Shown: positions 35,332 to 49,800 of the stretch, piece by piece | Position numbering within the stretch: the stretch's first letter is position 1 | How the letters are laid out: each line of letters opens with the position of its first letter | NCBI GenBank assembly: GCA_001687465.1 | Contig: LVLI01000536.1 | Location: forward strand, 1 to 64,000 | DNA length: 64,000 nt | Reading direction: 5' to 3' | From: Halocafeteria seosinensis | Taxonomy: Eukaryota | Made by a program: the position numbers and the translations under genes | The notes under the pieces: generated by a model | What the model saw: the letters and a program-made list of their open reading frames with translations, nothing else | The model's database searches: none | Told to the model about the DNA's origin: nothing

Positions 35332-38178
35332 TTACGCGTCTGGAGGTGGCAACACCTCAGCGTCGCCATGTGACTCTTGCGACTGAGTGTCTTGATAGCT
35401 GGCATTTTCATCGTCTTCATGCTTCTGATCTTGTTCGTTTTCATTGGAGCCTTCCGCATCGCTGCTTTTGCGGTCATTGTCTTCACCGAAAGGAAGCTTG
35501 TCTTTGAGGGGAACACCCCCTAACGGTTCTTCGGGTTCCGTTGGATACCGCTCGACTTCTTTGTCGATGGCGCGAAACGCCGTCGTCCACCTGGAGGGAA
35601 AGCAGAATGCACAATTCGCCCCACTCTTACCTCTTGGGTATTTTTCAAGCACACTTACGTGGTATCATAGAGGAATGGGCGAAGGTCAAATCGATTGTCC
35701 TCTGGCGAATACTGTTCCGCATGATAGCTGGGGGTTAGCGTCGTCATTTTGTGCCTGTTGATACTGTAGTACTTGAAAAACCTCTTAACCTGCATCGCAA
35801 GAAGCAAACAAGCAGATGAAGAAGAGTCCATAAACTTCCATTTCGTACAGGATTTCCATACTTTAGTTGCAATTTCAGAAGGAGACTGTCCTAGTGAACT
35901 TTGGGGACCCCATTCATGTAGCAGTTTACGGAACATGTTGTAGGGGCCACAGCGTGAGAGTTTTCGAAGTCGCCCAAACACTCCCAATTCTTGGTACGTC
36001 ATCCCCATATCTTCCTGCAAGAGAACGGCCTGATAATGAAGAATCATCCTTCTACAAAAGTTGAGGTCAACGTACTTCGTCAGTCTGTGTGTGCTCATCA
36101 CCCTGGTTCGCCTGATATGGCCTAAGTTCGGCAGTCGGCGGTGCATCAATTATACTTTTAATGCTGCGTAAACTTACCAAATAAAGTGCATTAGGAAAAC
36201 TTCAAGGAATGAATATTCCTTACCTTGTGTACCCTAATCGAGGGTTCGTTCCTGCCCAATAGAGGAATCGCTTCAGGTCCAGTTTCGAGATACCTCCTAT
36301 CGGATTGATATCAGCGCTGCTGCAATCATACTTCGTCATGTAACCTCGTAAAGCTTCATCGACATTGGACGAGCCGAGAACCAAAAGAAACCCTCTCTTT
36401 CCCCGCGTCCAAGGCAACAGTTGGGCCAATAAGTAGGCAAAGACCATGCGCAGCCGCGCTTGGATGTTCTGCAAAGCAACATCCTCAGCCTGGGACCCTC
36501 CTTGAGAAGTGTATTTTGGAGTGTGTCCTAGCAGGGAAGAGAAAACCTGAACGACGACATGCACCATCATATCTAGGTTCGCATTCAAATGGTAAGATCC
36601 AACATCCTTGGCCAGATTAGTGGCGCGATTCAGTGTGGCTTTACTGCTGTTTGATGTTCCCATGTAGCAAGTGTGGAATATCCTAGATGTGAACTGACAG
36701 CAAGATAAGATGGCGTCGATTTAGAATATCAGGTATTACGGTAAAGTACTTGGCTGCCTTACCTCTCTGGGATCAGTGGGTGTGTAGTCAGTACCTTCTT
36801 CTCCAGCAATTCTTCTGGCATCTTTTATAACCTGTCTGTTTCCTCTGCTGCATTCCGTCACAACCATGTGCGACATAATTCCTACCAGCGTTGCCGTTGA
36901 GCTGCTATCAGCACCTCCGGAAAGAGGGAGTAAGTAGCCACCAGCACCCGACCGTCTGAACGTAACAAGATTGAGACAACTTCGAGACACAGCTAGCCAC
37001 TCTAAAGTTTTGCCTTACCTTAAATAATCCCAAAGCCAGGCCGCTGGTCCAAACGCGATTTCCTCCTCTGGGGTGTGATAAAACACTTCTCGTCTAGGTG
37101 ATGGAGAGGCTGTAGTGTTTGCACATAGGAAGTAGTCAACTTCTACCAATGGAACCGAAAATGTTGAGCGAGCCTGTTGTCCTCGACTCGCTAGAGCCGC
37201 TCGATATCCTCGGACATCTTCTAGGTCAACATGGGCACTAATGACTTCTACATCGTTGAGTGAGAATTGGGTCGCTTGCTCGACAACTTTGCCATTCACG
37301 GAGATCAATGAACATCCATCAAAGTACAGTCGTCCACCACCATCACACCCTTGCTGGTTGGAGTAGACATAGACCCCGCCTCCTTTGGCCGTAGCACTGT
37401 TTATAAGATCCACTCGTTTATGCAATTTTCGCAGCTGGTGGTGGCTTCCAGATCCGTTCGAGATTATATCGGCCCCATTGAGTCCGAGCCAAATGTGAGG
37501 TGATCGAGGTGTGAATAGCTCCTCGCACGTCTCTGAGGCAACAGAAGCGTCTCTGCATTGCACTATGGCTACTCCAATGGGGGCTGTCTTTTGACCTCCG
37601 GTGGCGACTGTGATGGAGTTGGGGAGGTAGCATTCCTCCATGACATGGTTATGAACACGCTCTTCAGACCACGGTGTAAAATAGCGACTTTCTCGATAGT
37701 TACCGTCATCAGCCAAAAACATCTGCATTTACTCATAAATAAGAGAGGGAAAGACAAAAAAAAAACGGCAGTTAAGTCACTTCTCAAGTCGAGGACCGCG
37801 TCGTTTCGCGCTCTACACACGTACTTTTGGGCGAATCAGGAGGATCTTCTGGTTCAGACAAAATACGCGAGCATTGTATCGATTCCCTCGGTGGAGCACT
37901 GGCATACCCACGTCGAATAAAATATCCTGGGTGGAGGGATGCCTCAACAATTTCGCCAGCACATCCCAGGAGTGCTCAAATGTGTCCATTTCCAAGAAAT
38001 GGTCCTCGCAACCATATCCGGTCACTTCCAGTTCAGGTCCACTTCGATACCGAGCGCCCCTGCCTTTGGCTTGCATAATGGATTCCAGTATCCGTTGAAA
38101 GTTCCCGTCGAAATCCAGGACCCACTGGTTAAGATTGCATGACGCCACAGTGGCGATTTTAGGATTTTGATCGTCCAT
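35332..38178 (-). CDS. NADSYN1: Glutamine-dependent NAD+ synthetase (multi-exon)
   Basis: [108 protein letters not shown]. Confidence 0.95.
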
Positions 38179-38634
38179 TGTTGACTACCGGTCACCTATA
38201 ACGAAAACATGCAATACTACTCGTGGAGGACCAAAAATGACAACACTGTTGATTCTGGATAGAGTCTACACTTCCTAACGTTCCGCCCGAATTCACTCGG
38301 CCCGACTTCGTCACACGGGCCGTGTGACAAGATGAAGCGAGACTTAATAAAGCGCTAGTGCATTCGGTTCCTAGTCATGACTGGATTCGGAACTTGATAT
38401 GTGACGGGAAAGATGGATGCGTTCATGCAGGGTCGGGAACTGGAAGAATCAACTTCCCAGTGGAAGTTCCCAGTTCAGGCAGCGCAAAGTTCAATCATAA
38501 ACACAAATGTCTTGTAATATCTGGTTTACTTGTCATATTCTTAACACTCAAATTGTGTAGCGATATCCAGAGAAACTCGCACCAATACAAGTGGACCTTT
38601 TTCCACGCAGGCACAGGTTGGAATGGAATCACGA

Positions 38635-39515
38635 TTACTTCAGGAAACGAGGGAGAGGCGCACTGAGCAGCTTGGCACCACTGAGAGACGACAGTCCAAG
38701 TAGAACAAGCAATACCAATCCACAAGTCTGAGCTCCAGTCTTTCTCCCTTTCGGTCCTGCACAAAATACGACGAAGGCGTGACACACATCCAGACCGTAG
38801 ACACCGAACTCCTCAGCACATAACACACAAAGCACGATCCTCGGATCACACGTCGTTAAGTGACGATTCTAACAAAGCTTACCATGTTTTATGTACCCTC
38901 GGTAGTAGAAGAATCTGGCCAGCATGTAGGCACCAGCAGCAGCAGCACTGGTCTTGGGATAGCACAATCCGCCCATCACCTGTAGCAGAGCCAAGAAGTA
39001 CAACGCATACCCAAAGCAAATACCTTTACTCCATCGCGTACCAGAAAGGTTTCAACAGTGCAGACCTGCTCCAAGTAGTTCTGGTGAGCTCGCTGCGCAA
39101 GGTTGAACTCGTACCATTCCTTGTAGGTCAAGGCTTCACTATAGCGTCCATTTCCCATGTCTGGATACCCTCCCGGATTCAATTCCTCTTCCCCAGTTGC
39201 CTTCTTGTGCTCGTCCTTGAGTTGCTGAACCTTCTCGCGTCGTTGGAATTCGGCAGACCCTGCATCAACACTTCCAGGATTGCAGCATCCAGATGGAAGT
39301 TTTGTATCATGACAATCCGTACCAAATAGCTTCGGTCTCATCGTCGCAGCGCGTACACAGCTCATGTAGCATTGTGCTGCGACTCCGGTAGCGGCAAGAA
39401 CCACCTGCAATAATTCAAAAAGCGCGAAAAAATCCAAAAAATCCAAAATGTTCAATTCTGTGAACATTCATCATACCCAGCCGTGGTCCTGGTTGAGATA
39501 AACTCAACCTTCCAT
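38635..39515 (-). CDS. MAPEG-family protein (microsomal glutathione S-transferase 3-like); start ambiguous
   Basis: GYPDMGNGRYS, FNLAQRAHQNYLEQ, GGLCYP and ARFFYYRGY, with 3-4 exons. See the finding on the in-frame TGA. Confidence 0.85.
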
Positions 39516-40300
39516 GATAAATTTAAGAGTATTCTTAGATAAGAAAATTTGTGTGAATTAGTGTTTTGAAGAAAGAACAATCACTGAAAACTCGTCGTCT
39601 GTAACTTCCCGGCCGGTGGGCTATCTGTCACATTTGGGTGTGTGTCTGTACTAGCCGTGAGCATGCGTATCCGGATGCAGGCTTGTAAACGCAAGCAAGA
39701 AGAAGCCGATATACATCCCGTATCAAGTTTAGGCACATTCTCCTGATTGCATATTATGTGCAAAACAGGTTCGCTTCCTATGTTGAACTTAATTTCGTCC
39801 CACAACTTGCTAACTTCCTCAAGGTCCGCTTCCTCATTCTGTGCTCGGGAGCTAGCAGGAAGCCAGGAAACAAATTCATTTCGATTGCTTCACATCCAAT
39901 GTGGAGTATTGCGTTCCGGGGTACACAAGTGCTATTCTACTTTGCTTCGCTTGGACTTGGGCCACTTGGCTGCTTCGCTTCCACTTCCGGAAGAAAGACA
40001 GATGGCACGGCCGGTACCCGGAGACAGACACCCGACCTGTCCCGAGAGATCCCGTGCCATGGGCAGAACATGCCCGTCCCTTGGCATTATGATGAACATT
40101 TTCGAGGCATTGCAGTTCGATATTGATGATTTCAAGCATCTCATCGTATTCTACAGTGCTTGTACGAGGCAGTACTCGTCGAAGGAAACTAGAGAAAGCG
40201 CTTAATACCCCTTGTTTCCTTCGTCCCGGTGGGAAGTATTTGAAGAAAATCTGCAAAAATCGATTCCTCAGGACGGAAAAGGCCCTTCAATACGTCTACC

Positions 40301-42244
40301 ATGGATGATTCGGCGCCCAGTCCTTCCGATACGAAGAAAATGAGGGAAGGATCATCCAACAATACCTCTACAAATGGGGACAGAAGTGATACAGCGATGA
40401 ATCAAGGGGGAAATCCGAGCTCAGAGAACCCACCCAAAATGCCTTCTGGAGGCACTTCTGGTGATAATGAAGGCGATATATCGATGAATAGTGGCTCCTC
40501 GGACGCTCCAGCCCAAGAGGAAGACGAAGAGACCAAGCGCGCACGTGAAGAAAGGGCGATGGAATTGAAAAACAAGGGAAATGAAGCCTATAAAAGTGGC
40601 CGCTATCGGGAAGCTATCTCCGTGTATGAGCAAGCTTTACAGGAAGATGACCGAATTTTGACTTGTTACACCAATATGGCGGCGGCTAAAATGATGCTGG
40701 GGGACTACGGAGGCGCGGCGCAAAATTGTGAACAAGCAATCAAAGTGGACTCGCAAGCGATTCGGCCGTACATGCGTGGAGGTCGAGCTTATTTAGCTTT
40801 GGGTGACTTTGATAAAGCAAAGAGTATGTTCACTCAAGCTATGGTGCGTGATCCTCGTGATTCAAAAGCTTCCGAAGAGAGGAACATCGTGGATCTCACC
40901 CGGCGTAGACTCGAGAAAGTAGAAGAACTAGTGGCCCAAAAGAATTACTCCCGAGCAATCCCCTTGGCTGAAGCAGCTGCCAGAGATGCACCAGGGTGTC
41001 TACGGCTCCAACTGAAACGCGTCGAAGCCAAGATAGGTGAAAAGCAGTACGATGATGCGTATGCTTTGACAACAGATTTGCTTCCAAAGTTTTCGTCTGA
41101 TCGACAACTGCTGTTATTGCGAGCAAGGGCACTTCAATATCAAGGGAACGTGCAAATGGCTGCAAGGCATTTACAAGAGGCATTACGATACGACCCAGAT
41201 AATCAAGAAATTGCGAAAGCTCTGAAAGCATGTAGGAAATTGGATAACCTGAAACAAAGTGGTAACGATGCCTTTAAGGTACGATGACGCATGAAGTAGA
41301 CTGCATACACAAGCATGACAACACTATGAGCTCTGTTTTTCTTATGACTGAATACAGAATGGTCGCGCTAATGAGGCGATCGAAAAGTACACAGAAGCTT
41401 TAGGGTTAGATCGGGAAAATGACGCCTACAATACCGCACTTTATGCAAACAGAGCTGCAGCGTATATGAAGTTACGGAAATATAAGGAAGCTGCTGATGA
41501 CTGCACCGAGTGCCTGAACAGAGACGAGAACTACTTTAAAGCCAGGCTACGGAGGGCTAAGTGCCTTTACTATCTGGGAGAAGAAGAAAACCTTGAACTA
41601 GCCGTTAGAGATCTCGAAGCAGCCAAGCGATCAGCGAACGATAGGGAAACACTATCTGAGATCGAACAAGAGTAAGCAACCATGCGGTACCCAGCTTCGT
41701 TACCCCAAACGACTCGTGTACTTAATTGCTTGGTTTATTCGAACTGCAGTTTGCGCAAGTACCGCTCTGCCCTCAAGCAAGCTAAACGCAAGGACTACTA
41801 CAAGTTGTTGAATGTCTCTAGAGGTAAGAACCCGAGGAATCAGCTCAAAGTAATTGCTTATGGAACTGTTGCTACGTTTCGCCTCACTTGACTGCAGATG
41901 CTGGGGAGGAAGAAGTCAAGAAGGCGTACAAAAAGGCAGCCCTTAAATGGCATCCTGACCGCCACGCAAGCAAATCGGAGGACGAAAAGAAGAAAGCTGA
42001 GAAAATGTTCAAAGATATTGGAGAGGCCTACAATGTCCTAAGTGATCCTGAGAAACGACGCAAGTACGACATGGGCGCCGACCTCGAAGAAATAGAGCAG
42101 GGTGGTCCAAGTGGAGGTGGTGAAGCAGACATGGATGCAATGAACATGTTCAATATGTTCTTTGGCGGTATGGGTGGTGGCATGGGTGGTATGGGCGGTA
42201 TGCCCGGTGGCCGTACAAGAGTCCATGTACGAACAGGGTTTTAA
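40301..42244 (+). CDS. DNAJC7: TPR-repeat DnaJ co-chaperone DNAJC7
   Basis: Multiple TPRs (KNKGNEAYKSGRY, LKQSGNDAFK, LYANRAAAYM), then KRKDYYKLL..KAALKWHPDRH (J-domain HPD) and a G/M-rich tail. Confidence 0.92.
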
Positions 42245-42573
42245 CGACTTACTGGTACCACAAATTGTCGCTCGGCATACTACCACACTCGCACTTCACT
42301 TGGCATACATGTATCATTATAGAGCAAGCAACACAAGCAGAAAAACATACGAAGGGCAAGTCGTACATGCATATACCGTTCATTGGTAGTAAACTTCATC
42401 TCGGTAACTTCACAAAGTAGCCATCTTCACAAGGTACCCAAGGTATCATAAGACAATATGCACGCCTAAAAGCGTCGCCTTTCTGGCTGCGTGTTGAAGT
42501 TTCCATAGCGCGCAGATACATGTGTTGATATTACTCTGTAGTACAGGAGCTGTATGGGAACTAAATAGAGAAA

Positions 42574-44831
42574 ATGTCAGCGGAGGACCACAATGGCCTC
42601 CTGCCGCGTTTTCTCCATTATGCCATGCTGGACTTAGTATTATGTCCAAAGTGCATAGGGAGACTCGCTGGAGTACGCTATACGGACTTTTACACCTCCT
42701 CTGGAGCTGTATTGGCTAGGGAATTGTCCAAAATAGCTCGGGTTCAGCCCAGAGAGGCCGAGACAGGAGCATCGTCCAATGACGATTACGAGTGGTATAC
42801 GACGAATTGGAACAAGCAGACGTGTCAGATGTGTTTGGGAATCCTTCAGAATGACTCTTGCTTGTTTCCGTACGGGGGATCAGCGAAAAAGTCTAGGAAA
42901 CGCAAACCACCCTGGGCTGGACAAGCCCAGCGGGAGCAAGCCATGCAAGCGTTGGATGAAACTTTGGAGTTCAGTCCCGATACAACGGACCCAAATGAAG
43001 GGACAAAATATTTGACGCCTGGGTCCGCCGTGAAACAGACAGTCGAACACCGAGGATACGACTGTCGACATGGAATCCTCAGCTCTTCGTTGCCCATCTG
43101 CATTCCAGTGCGAGAAGTAGCTACGAGGTATGTGTATTTGCCCTTCGAAGTACATGGATGTGTACATATTAAGACATAGCCAATTTTACGGCATTTGTGT
43201 GTGCTTTTCGATGGGTTTAATGCAGAGCTTGGTTGAGCCAAAAATTGGACGTTGCTCGCGTACCCATTCTTACCTTACAGAATTTTTCTGAGGATATCCA
43301 GAAACAGATAAACGCTTCTGATACAATTGCACATATTAACATTAAAGAAATTTTCCGAGTAAGTTAGTATCTTGAGAGCTTCGCCCAGTACGCTTTGACC
43401 TGTTTGTCTTCTCTCATTCTCAATTTCAGACACTTCTGTCGAAAGAAGTGTCGCGACAGATACCCTCTTTTCAGTTATTGTCGCAACAGGAGGTAGAAGC
43501 TTCTCTTGAAGATGAATGCATTGCTGAAAAGCTGAATATCATACCTGGTGATTTTGGGATATCATTAAATGTTATATTAAATAATGTTGAAGCTGACGAT
43601 GACCTCCGCTCCAGGTTCTCGCCAGATAATAAGAATGCCAAAAACACGAGTCCGAAAGCCCGTATTTCTGGAGGACAAGTATTAGCTTTTCTAGAAAAAC
43701 TGGGTGCCACAGAGATACCGAAGAACATACACGGAAATGACTTAATACCGATGCATACCCGTGAAAGTACGATCAGCGCGAATGGCTCTGCACAGAGCAT
43801 AAAGGACTTGTCTACCACGTTCTTTACTGTGGAAGTCAAGCGTTTAGCCATATACGTATGGGGGAAGTATTGCAAATACAAACGGGGACTTAGCCAAAGT
43901 CCTTGGTATGTTGACGGTAAGAGGGAAGGAGACTCCTCCGTTGAGGAATTGATCGCCGGACCGTTTGCGAAAGAGTCAGCTTCCACAGATGATAGACTTT
44001 GCTGCGAAGCTGCTTCATACAAATTCCACTCGGCGGGACGTGAAGACATTGATGTAAGGATGCTGGGAACAGGAAGACCTTTTGTGATAGAGTTATTAGG
44101 TATGTTGTTTATTAATAAGGCCGAGAGAACCATCTGTTGTGCAGTATTGTGTTGACGTCTGGAACACAGAACCAAAAAGGGTCACGCATCTACGTTCAAA
44201 AGACGCCATGAAATCCATCGAAGAACGGATAAACCACTTCGCACAGGGAGACATAGAAGTAAACAGACTGACACTAGCAAATAAAAATATTTTTTCTGGG
44301 TTGCAAAGCGGCGCCAGCGAAAAACGGAAGGTGTACGGGTGTGTCATTTGGTGCAGTCATAATGTCACTCCTGAATTCTTACGTGCTCGAATCGACTCGG
44401 TTACCGATTTAAGATTAGAACAAAAAACCCCCGTCCGAGTATTGCATCGGCGCTCCCTCTTAAGCCGGGAAAAGTATGTTTACCGAATGAAGACCGAGTG
44501 GCTGAATTCGCGATATTTTCTGCTAGAGATAGAAACATCTGCCGGCACGTATGTAAAGGAGTTTGTTCATGGGGATCTGGGAAGGACATGGCCCAATATG
44601 GGGGCGATTCTCTCAGGTAAGACAGATGATTGGAGGAAGGGCAAAAGTCGCTTTGTCTCCCTTGTTCACAAGAATCCACATATGTCTACATACTTTCCTT
44701 TTGATCCTTCCCGACGATGTTCAAAACTTAACGAGGATACCGGTGCGTCGGGAGAAAACACCGATTTGGGGTTTGTCGAGGCTGATATGTTACAGTTAGA
44801 TGTGCTCCAAGTCTTGGATGGCAACGAATGA
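42574..44831 (+). CDS. PUS10: tRNA pseudouridine synthase Pus10 (multi-exon)
   Basis: N-terminal CPKC and CQMC zinc-binding pairs, GKYCKYKRGLSQSPW, KFHSAGREDIDVRMLGTGRPF, QKTPVRVLHRR and AGTYVKEFVHGDLGRT. Confidence 0.93.
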
Positions 44832-44873
44832 TGCACTCCTCCGCTCTCATCCCTCTGAAGGCGCTGTTACGGT

Positions 44874-45762
44874 TTATCTCTTTGAGTTAATCGAACCTCT
44901 GTGGTCGCGTTTGGCTCCGTCGAGCGAGCTGTGTGCCATCATCATATCGACGTAGTCAGCGTAATTAATCATACCGTTCGTATCCGGTTCCAGCTGCGTA
45001 AAGCAATTCCACACGAACGGATATTCTTCTGCGCCTGGCAACACATGGAATTATCCAGTCCACATACCTGATTTACAAGATCGCGAGCCTCCTCCTGACT
45101 GAGCTTTTCATCACCGTAACTGGTCAAAGCGGCGACGAGGTCTTCGGCCACAATCATGCCGGGTGGAGCAGCTCCTTCAAATACCTTGAAAGCATTCTTG
45201 ACGTCCTCAGCAGTGTAATCTGCTTGAATCTTACGGCTCATCACCGCGACGAATTCTTCGAAATCAATTTCTCCATTACTATCCAGATCGATCTCTTCAA
45301 TCATGGCTTCCACATCATCTTCCGTAGCATGAATTCCCAAGGTTTCCATGAGTTCACCCAATTCTTCCGCCGAGATGCTTCCTCCGGAATCCTGCAAGGG
45401 CGAATTCACAGAAATGCCCAGAGTGACTTAAATGAGCACGTTTGTGCAGTGTGTGCAGCAGAATGACAGAAATAACGTACTCGATCCACCAAGTTGAAGA
45501 TTTCTTTAAACTCTTTTAGTTCCAATTCAGTGCACTTATACTTCTTCTTCAGTTTCAGGATCTCATTGGTTGTTAGCCCCGGGATGTATGCGACATGGTG
45601 ACTGCCGGAAATGTCATCTGCTCCCTCTCCTACGCCTGAACTAGAGGGATTACGATGGGATCCTGCGACCCCCACGACGGAGTCTCGTGCGCCTCCCTGT
45701 CGTTCCTGTTGGGCATTGATGCCCACAGCACTGTCAAATTGTTTCATCCGAGGTGTATTCAT
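44874..45762 (-). CDS. Calmodulin-like EF-hand protein with an N-terminal extension (3 exons)
   Basis: EFKEIFNLVDR-DSGGSISAEELG, DLDSNGEIDFEEF and LEPDTNGMINYADYV. Confidence 0.85.
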
Positions 45763-46818
45763 CTTGCAGCTGCTTTTCCGGCATTCATAACTTTACACAA
45801 ATACGCAATCACCTCGACTACTATTTGGCGCGTTCCATCCCGGCAACTTCAAGTTGAAATTATGCCACGGGCTACAAATTTTTTCGAGAACGAGAACGGA
45901 CTGGAAGAAAGAATATGGTAGACATACATCATTGATGCCTACACAGAAAGAGGAGAAATGATAGATGCGTACTGCTTGTATTGCTGCATGCAGCCAATGT
46001 TAGGAGTGTTTCAGGCACGGAGGAGAGACTACCGTAGTGATTGCTTGCTTGAGCTGCATTCCGTGCTTCAAAGAATTCTGAAATACTTCAGCGAGGAAAC
46101 ATGCTCCAATGTTCATTGCAGAAACGGCTGTAAAGTGCCTACCGGTTTCTACTCTCAGACTCTCAGAGTTAAGTCTCATGGCAAAACGGTGGAAGCCATA
46201 CACTGGCGGTACATGGCTGTCCAATAGGTTATGAAGTAAAGAATGAGACATGTTAGTGATACAATCAGGCTTATACAGTCATTTGTAGAACTACTAGTTA
46301 TAGAAACCGGTATATTGGCACTACAATAGTGCTGTGATACGGGCCATATCATACCGGCCACCAACTTCGTGAACATGACATCCGTAGCATCATCCGGTGA
46401 CGTTCACCGAGTGACGAAGAAGTGTGTGTATTCAACTTCAACTATAGTAAGTACCCGTTAGCCGAGGCTACGCCTCCCATCATACAGCAGCAGCAACGCC
46501 ATTGACGGACCCTTCCATCATTTATTCAAGCGCAAACAGTTGAATTGTATGGAAATATCAGTCTATAAGCAATGGATATCCTTGCTACGGTTCTGGTTGA
46601 TACTATTGGGTATACACTCGATTGTTGAGGTTTTCAACGGGTTGAGCGCTTCAGCAACGGCGTTTGTCCAATAAGACACATACCACAGTCCTTTATTCAA
46701 AGGAGCAACACAATGATCCCAGATTGCGCTGCCTAAGGCATACGTAGTTAAGGAGCAATAATTATTCCACTGAATCTCAATTTCGGCCTCGATCATGTCG
46801 ACAGTGTTCAAACCTGGC

Positions 46819-49800
46819 ATGAGGATCACTTTACTAGGGCTGTTCTACGTTCTGTTGATCAACGTCAATGCCAGTGGAATAGGGAACGAAGGATATTGCT
46901 CATCCGTGGACGGAGCGGAAGGCACATTATGCGGCTCGTTTGCAGAAGAGAGAGAATGCTCAAAAGATCCCTCTTGTGTGTGGCACGGTACGGCGTGGGT
47001 CGTAATTGCATCTTTTGACAATATTCATTTATCTCTCTGGTTCCACAGATGGAAACGTCCGTAACTTAGGCGCGATTATGACTCCGTCGCCTACCAGCAG
47101 TGCTACTGCCACTCCCACATCCAGTCCAAGCAACTCTCGTAGCCCGAGTTCTACTAGCTCTTCCAGTGGCACTTCCTCTCAAAGTGCTTCTGTAAGCTCT
47201 TCCCAAACTTCCTCTCCGTCAGAGTCAAGTACGCCTTCGAACACCGCTTCGGCGAGCGGAACTTCATCCCAATCGCCTTCGGGTACAAGTACAGGAACAC
47301 CAACTTCATCATCTACCGCTACTGAGACTCCAACTAGTACGGAAACGTCCACACCGTCAGTTACAAGCACTGAGACTCCTACTCCATCTCAGTCGAGCTC
47401 TCAGACCCCTACGGCTACAGCTACCAACACTGGGACGCCTACGTCAACCCAGACTTCGACTCCCACTCCGACAAGAACGTCGACATCGTCTCCCACCACT
47501 ACCCCGACATCCAGTTTTACTCATCTGCCCCTGCCTCGTCCATGTTACGATTACTCAGGAACAATAGAGCTCTTACCATTGGCGCAAGCAATTAACGAAG
47601 TCTTGGAAGAACCTCCTCTCGTAGTCGCTGGCGAGCCGTGGTCAGCGGATACTAATGGATTTGCCTTTAATGGTCCCATGAGTGCTCCGGACTTAACGTA
47701 TAGTGCTGACGCATTCATAGACGGAAGTAAAATTGATTGGCTCTCTGTTAGATTCCTCCCGAATGATACAAGTGCAGAAGATGAGGATGGATTTGGCCAC
47801 GTTGTCGGGTTTGCTTTGGAACTTCGCTCCACTCTGTCACGACAAGAAGGGTTGGAGCTTCCCTCCACCCTGAACGCCACAGTTGTCGTTTCAAACGACT
47901 GCGGCCAAGAAGCTGAGTTCTTCGTGATATTGAATATCTACGTGCCTCCAATTCGTATTAGCAAAGTTCCGCGTTTTATTGTCCATGAAGGAACGACAGA
48001 GGAATTGAAAATCAGTATTACAGACTTATTCGAGTTCCCTACTGAGAGATTAGCCTCAACCGCCTTCCTGAAAAACGTCTCTTTAACGGATGGTAGGGAG
48101 CTCCCATTAAATCAATTAAGGGATCCGCTACTGTCAGCAACCGTTGCAGAATCTGCCAGAGTTAGTGGAAAATTTGACCCTAGACTGCCCACATTAGGGG
48201 GAAATGTGTCTGACTGGATCCACTTGGGACCGTACGAGAATATAATTGATGGTTTTCGTATAAAGGTTTCGGCACCCGAAGATAGCGCTCCCTTGCTGTC
48301 AAGAATCCGCCTGCTTTTCGTTGATATAGCCCCGGACGGACCAGTGTACTTCTTCAAAGAATTCGATGTTGGAATCGTTCGTGACTGTGTCACTACCTTA
48401 GCTTCACGAATCACCGACTGCTCTCAAAAGTGTGGAGGAGGAATCTATCTGAAATCCCGAGACATTATTACAGCGCCGTTGGGTTTAGCAATAGGCGCGG
48501 AGGAATGTTTACCACTGAACGTTAGTCTTCCATGCAATACTTTCTCCTGTGACGATGTTCCAAGAATTTTACTGTCGCTTAATGTGGACTTGGTACTCTT
48601 TGAGCAGTATCCGAATGAGACGCTTGCGTCCATCTATTATGTTATCTCCGAGATCGCTGATGTAGATCCCGAGGATATTGAGTTGCTTAACGTAACAACA
48701 AACGGTCAGTCAAGAAGAATGCTATCTGAAGCTAACAGGAGTCGAATGCTGACCTCATCAACGGTTAATTTCGTGTTGCAAGTCTCGTTTTTCGCGCGAG
48801 ACTTTGAAAATGAGTTATTAGGAGAACTCCAAGAAAAGATGAATTCAGCCTCAGGGCGTTTGAGATCTTCCTTCGACACAGGGGAATTTACTGATATGAT
48901 TAGAGGCTTCCTTAATGATATCAGTTTGGCTATTGGTGGAATGGATTTCGAGTTCGTTTTGGAATACATCAATGCAGTTGCCTCGGGAAGGCGAGAAAAC
49001 CATCGTCCCACAGGCGTACCAGCTGTTTCTCATCTTGGAGAGGGGAAATGCGAATGCATAATCAACCTTTTGGGGATAGACAGAGATAACGACCCACTGA
49101 CCTTCTACATAGTTGAAGGCCCAGATAACGCCAACCTTCTGCAGTTGAGTCAAATCTTTTCAGAGTTCGGATACCTCCCCCGAGAAGGTGATCAGCTTAA
49201 TGTCTCGTCCCGCGTGGAAACTTCTGATCCGGTGAAAGTGAATGACCCAAATGGACGCCTACTATACAATGCTTGCAAGCATAACTTCAACAGAGAACGT
49301 CAGATGTTGAAGTTTTTGGTGTTTGATGGAACTGATTTCTCGTTGCCTGCAAAGAAATGGATCCTACCTCCAAGCGGTACGGTTTTAGAGTCCAACTTTT
49401 TAAGCGGTTCAGAGAGTTGGAGTATCGTTCACAATGGAGAAGGAAATGCTGCCAGCATTGCGCATGCACCATATTCAGACGGTAAACTGTTCATGTACGT
49501 GTTTGGTAGAGAGAATTTAATTAAGCGAGCTCTGGATTTTTCGGGAGAGAAGGTGCCGGTAGTCCCTGCGACGAGAGTTTTCAGTGAAACTATAGGAAGC
49601 GACGGGAGTCAGCGAAGGGAGCAGTCTTCTTCGTCAACAGATTCTCACGAAAATCGTTTTGACGATGCCAACATTTGGTATTTTCAGGCACCGGGAAAGT
49701 TTAGTAACTTGAGCTTGGCGTATGGTGGGCACTTAGAGTTCTTGCTGGGGGCAGCTGAAGGAGACTTTAGTGATATTAAGAAGTTACATACGAGCTACCC

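Noticed and set aside
43471..44175. Long antisense ORFs (234 aa here, 223 aa at 58996-59667, and others)
   Set aside because: These are shadows of real genes on the opposite strand, with no recognisable motifs.
47080..47520. Repetitive S/T/P-encoding DNA as a possible repeat array or CRISPR
   Set aside because: It is low-complexity mucin coding sequence with no fixed repeat-spacer structure, and no cas genes are present in this eukaryotic DNA.
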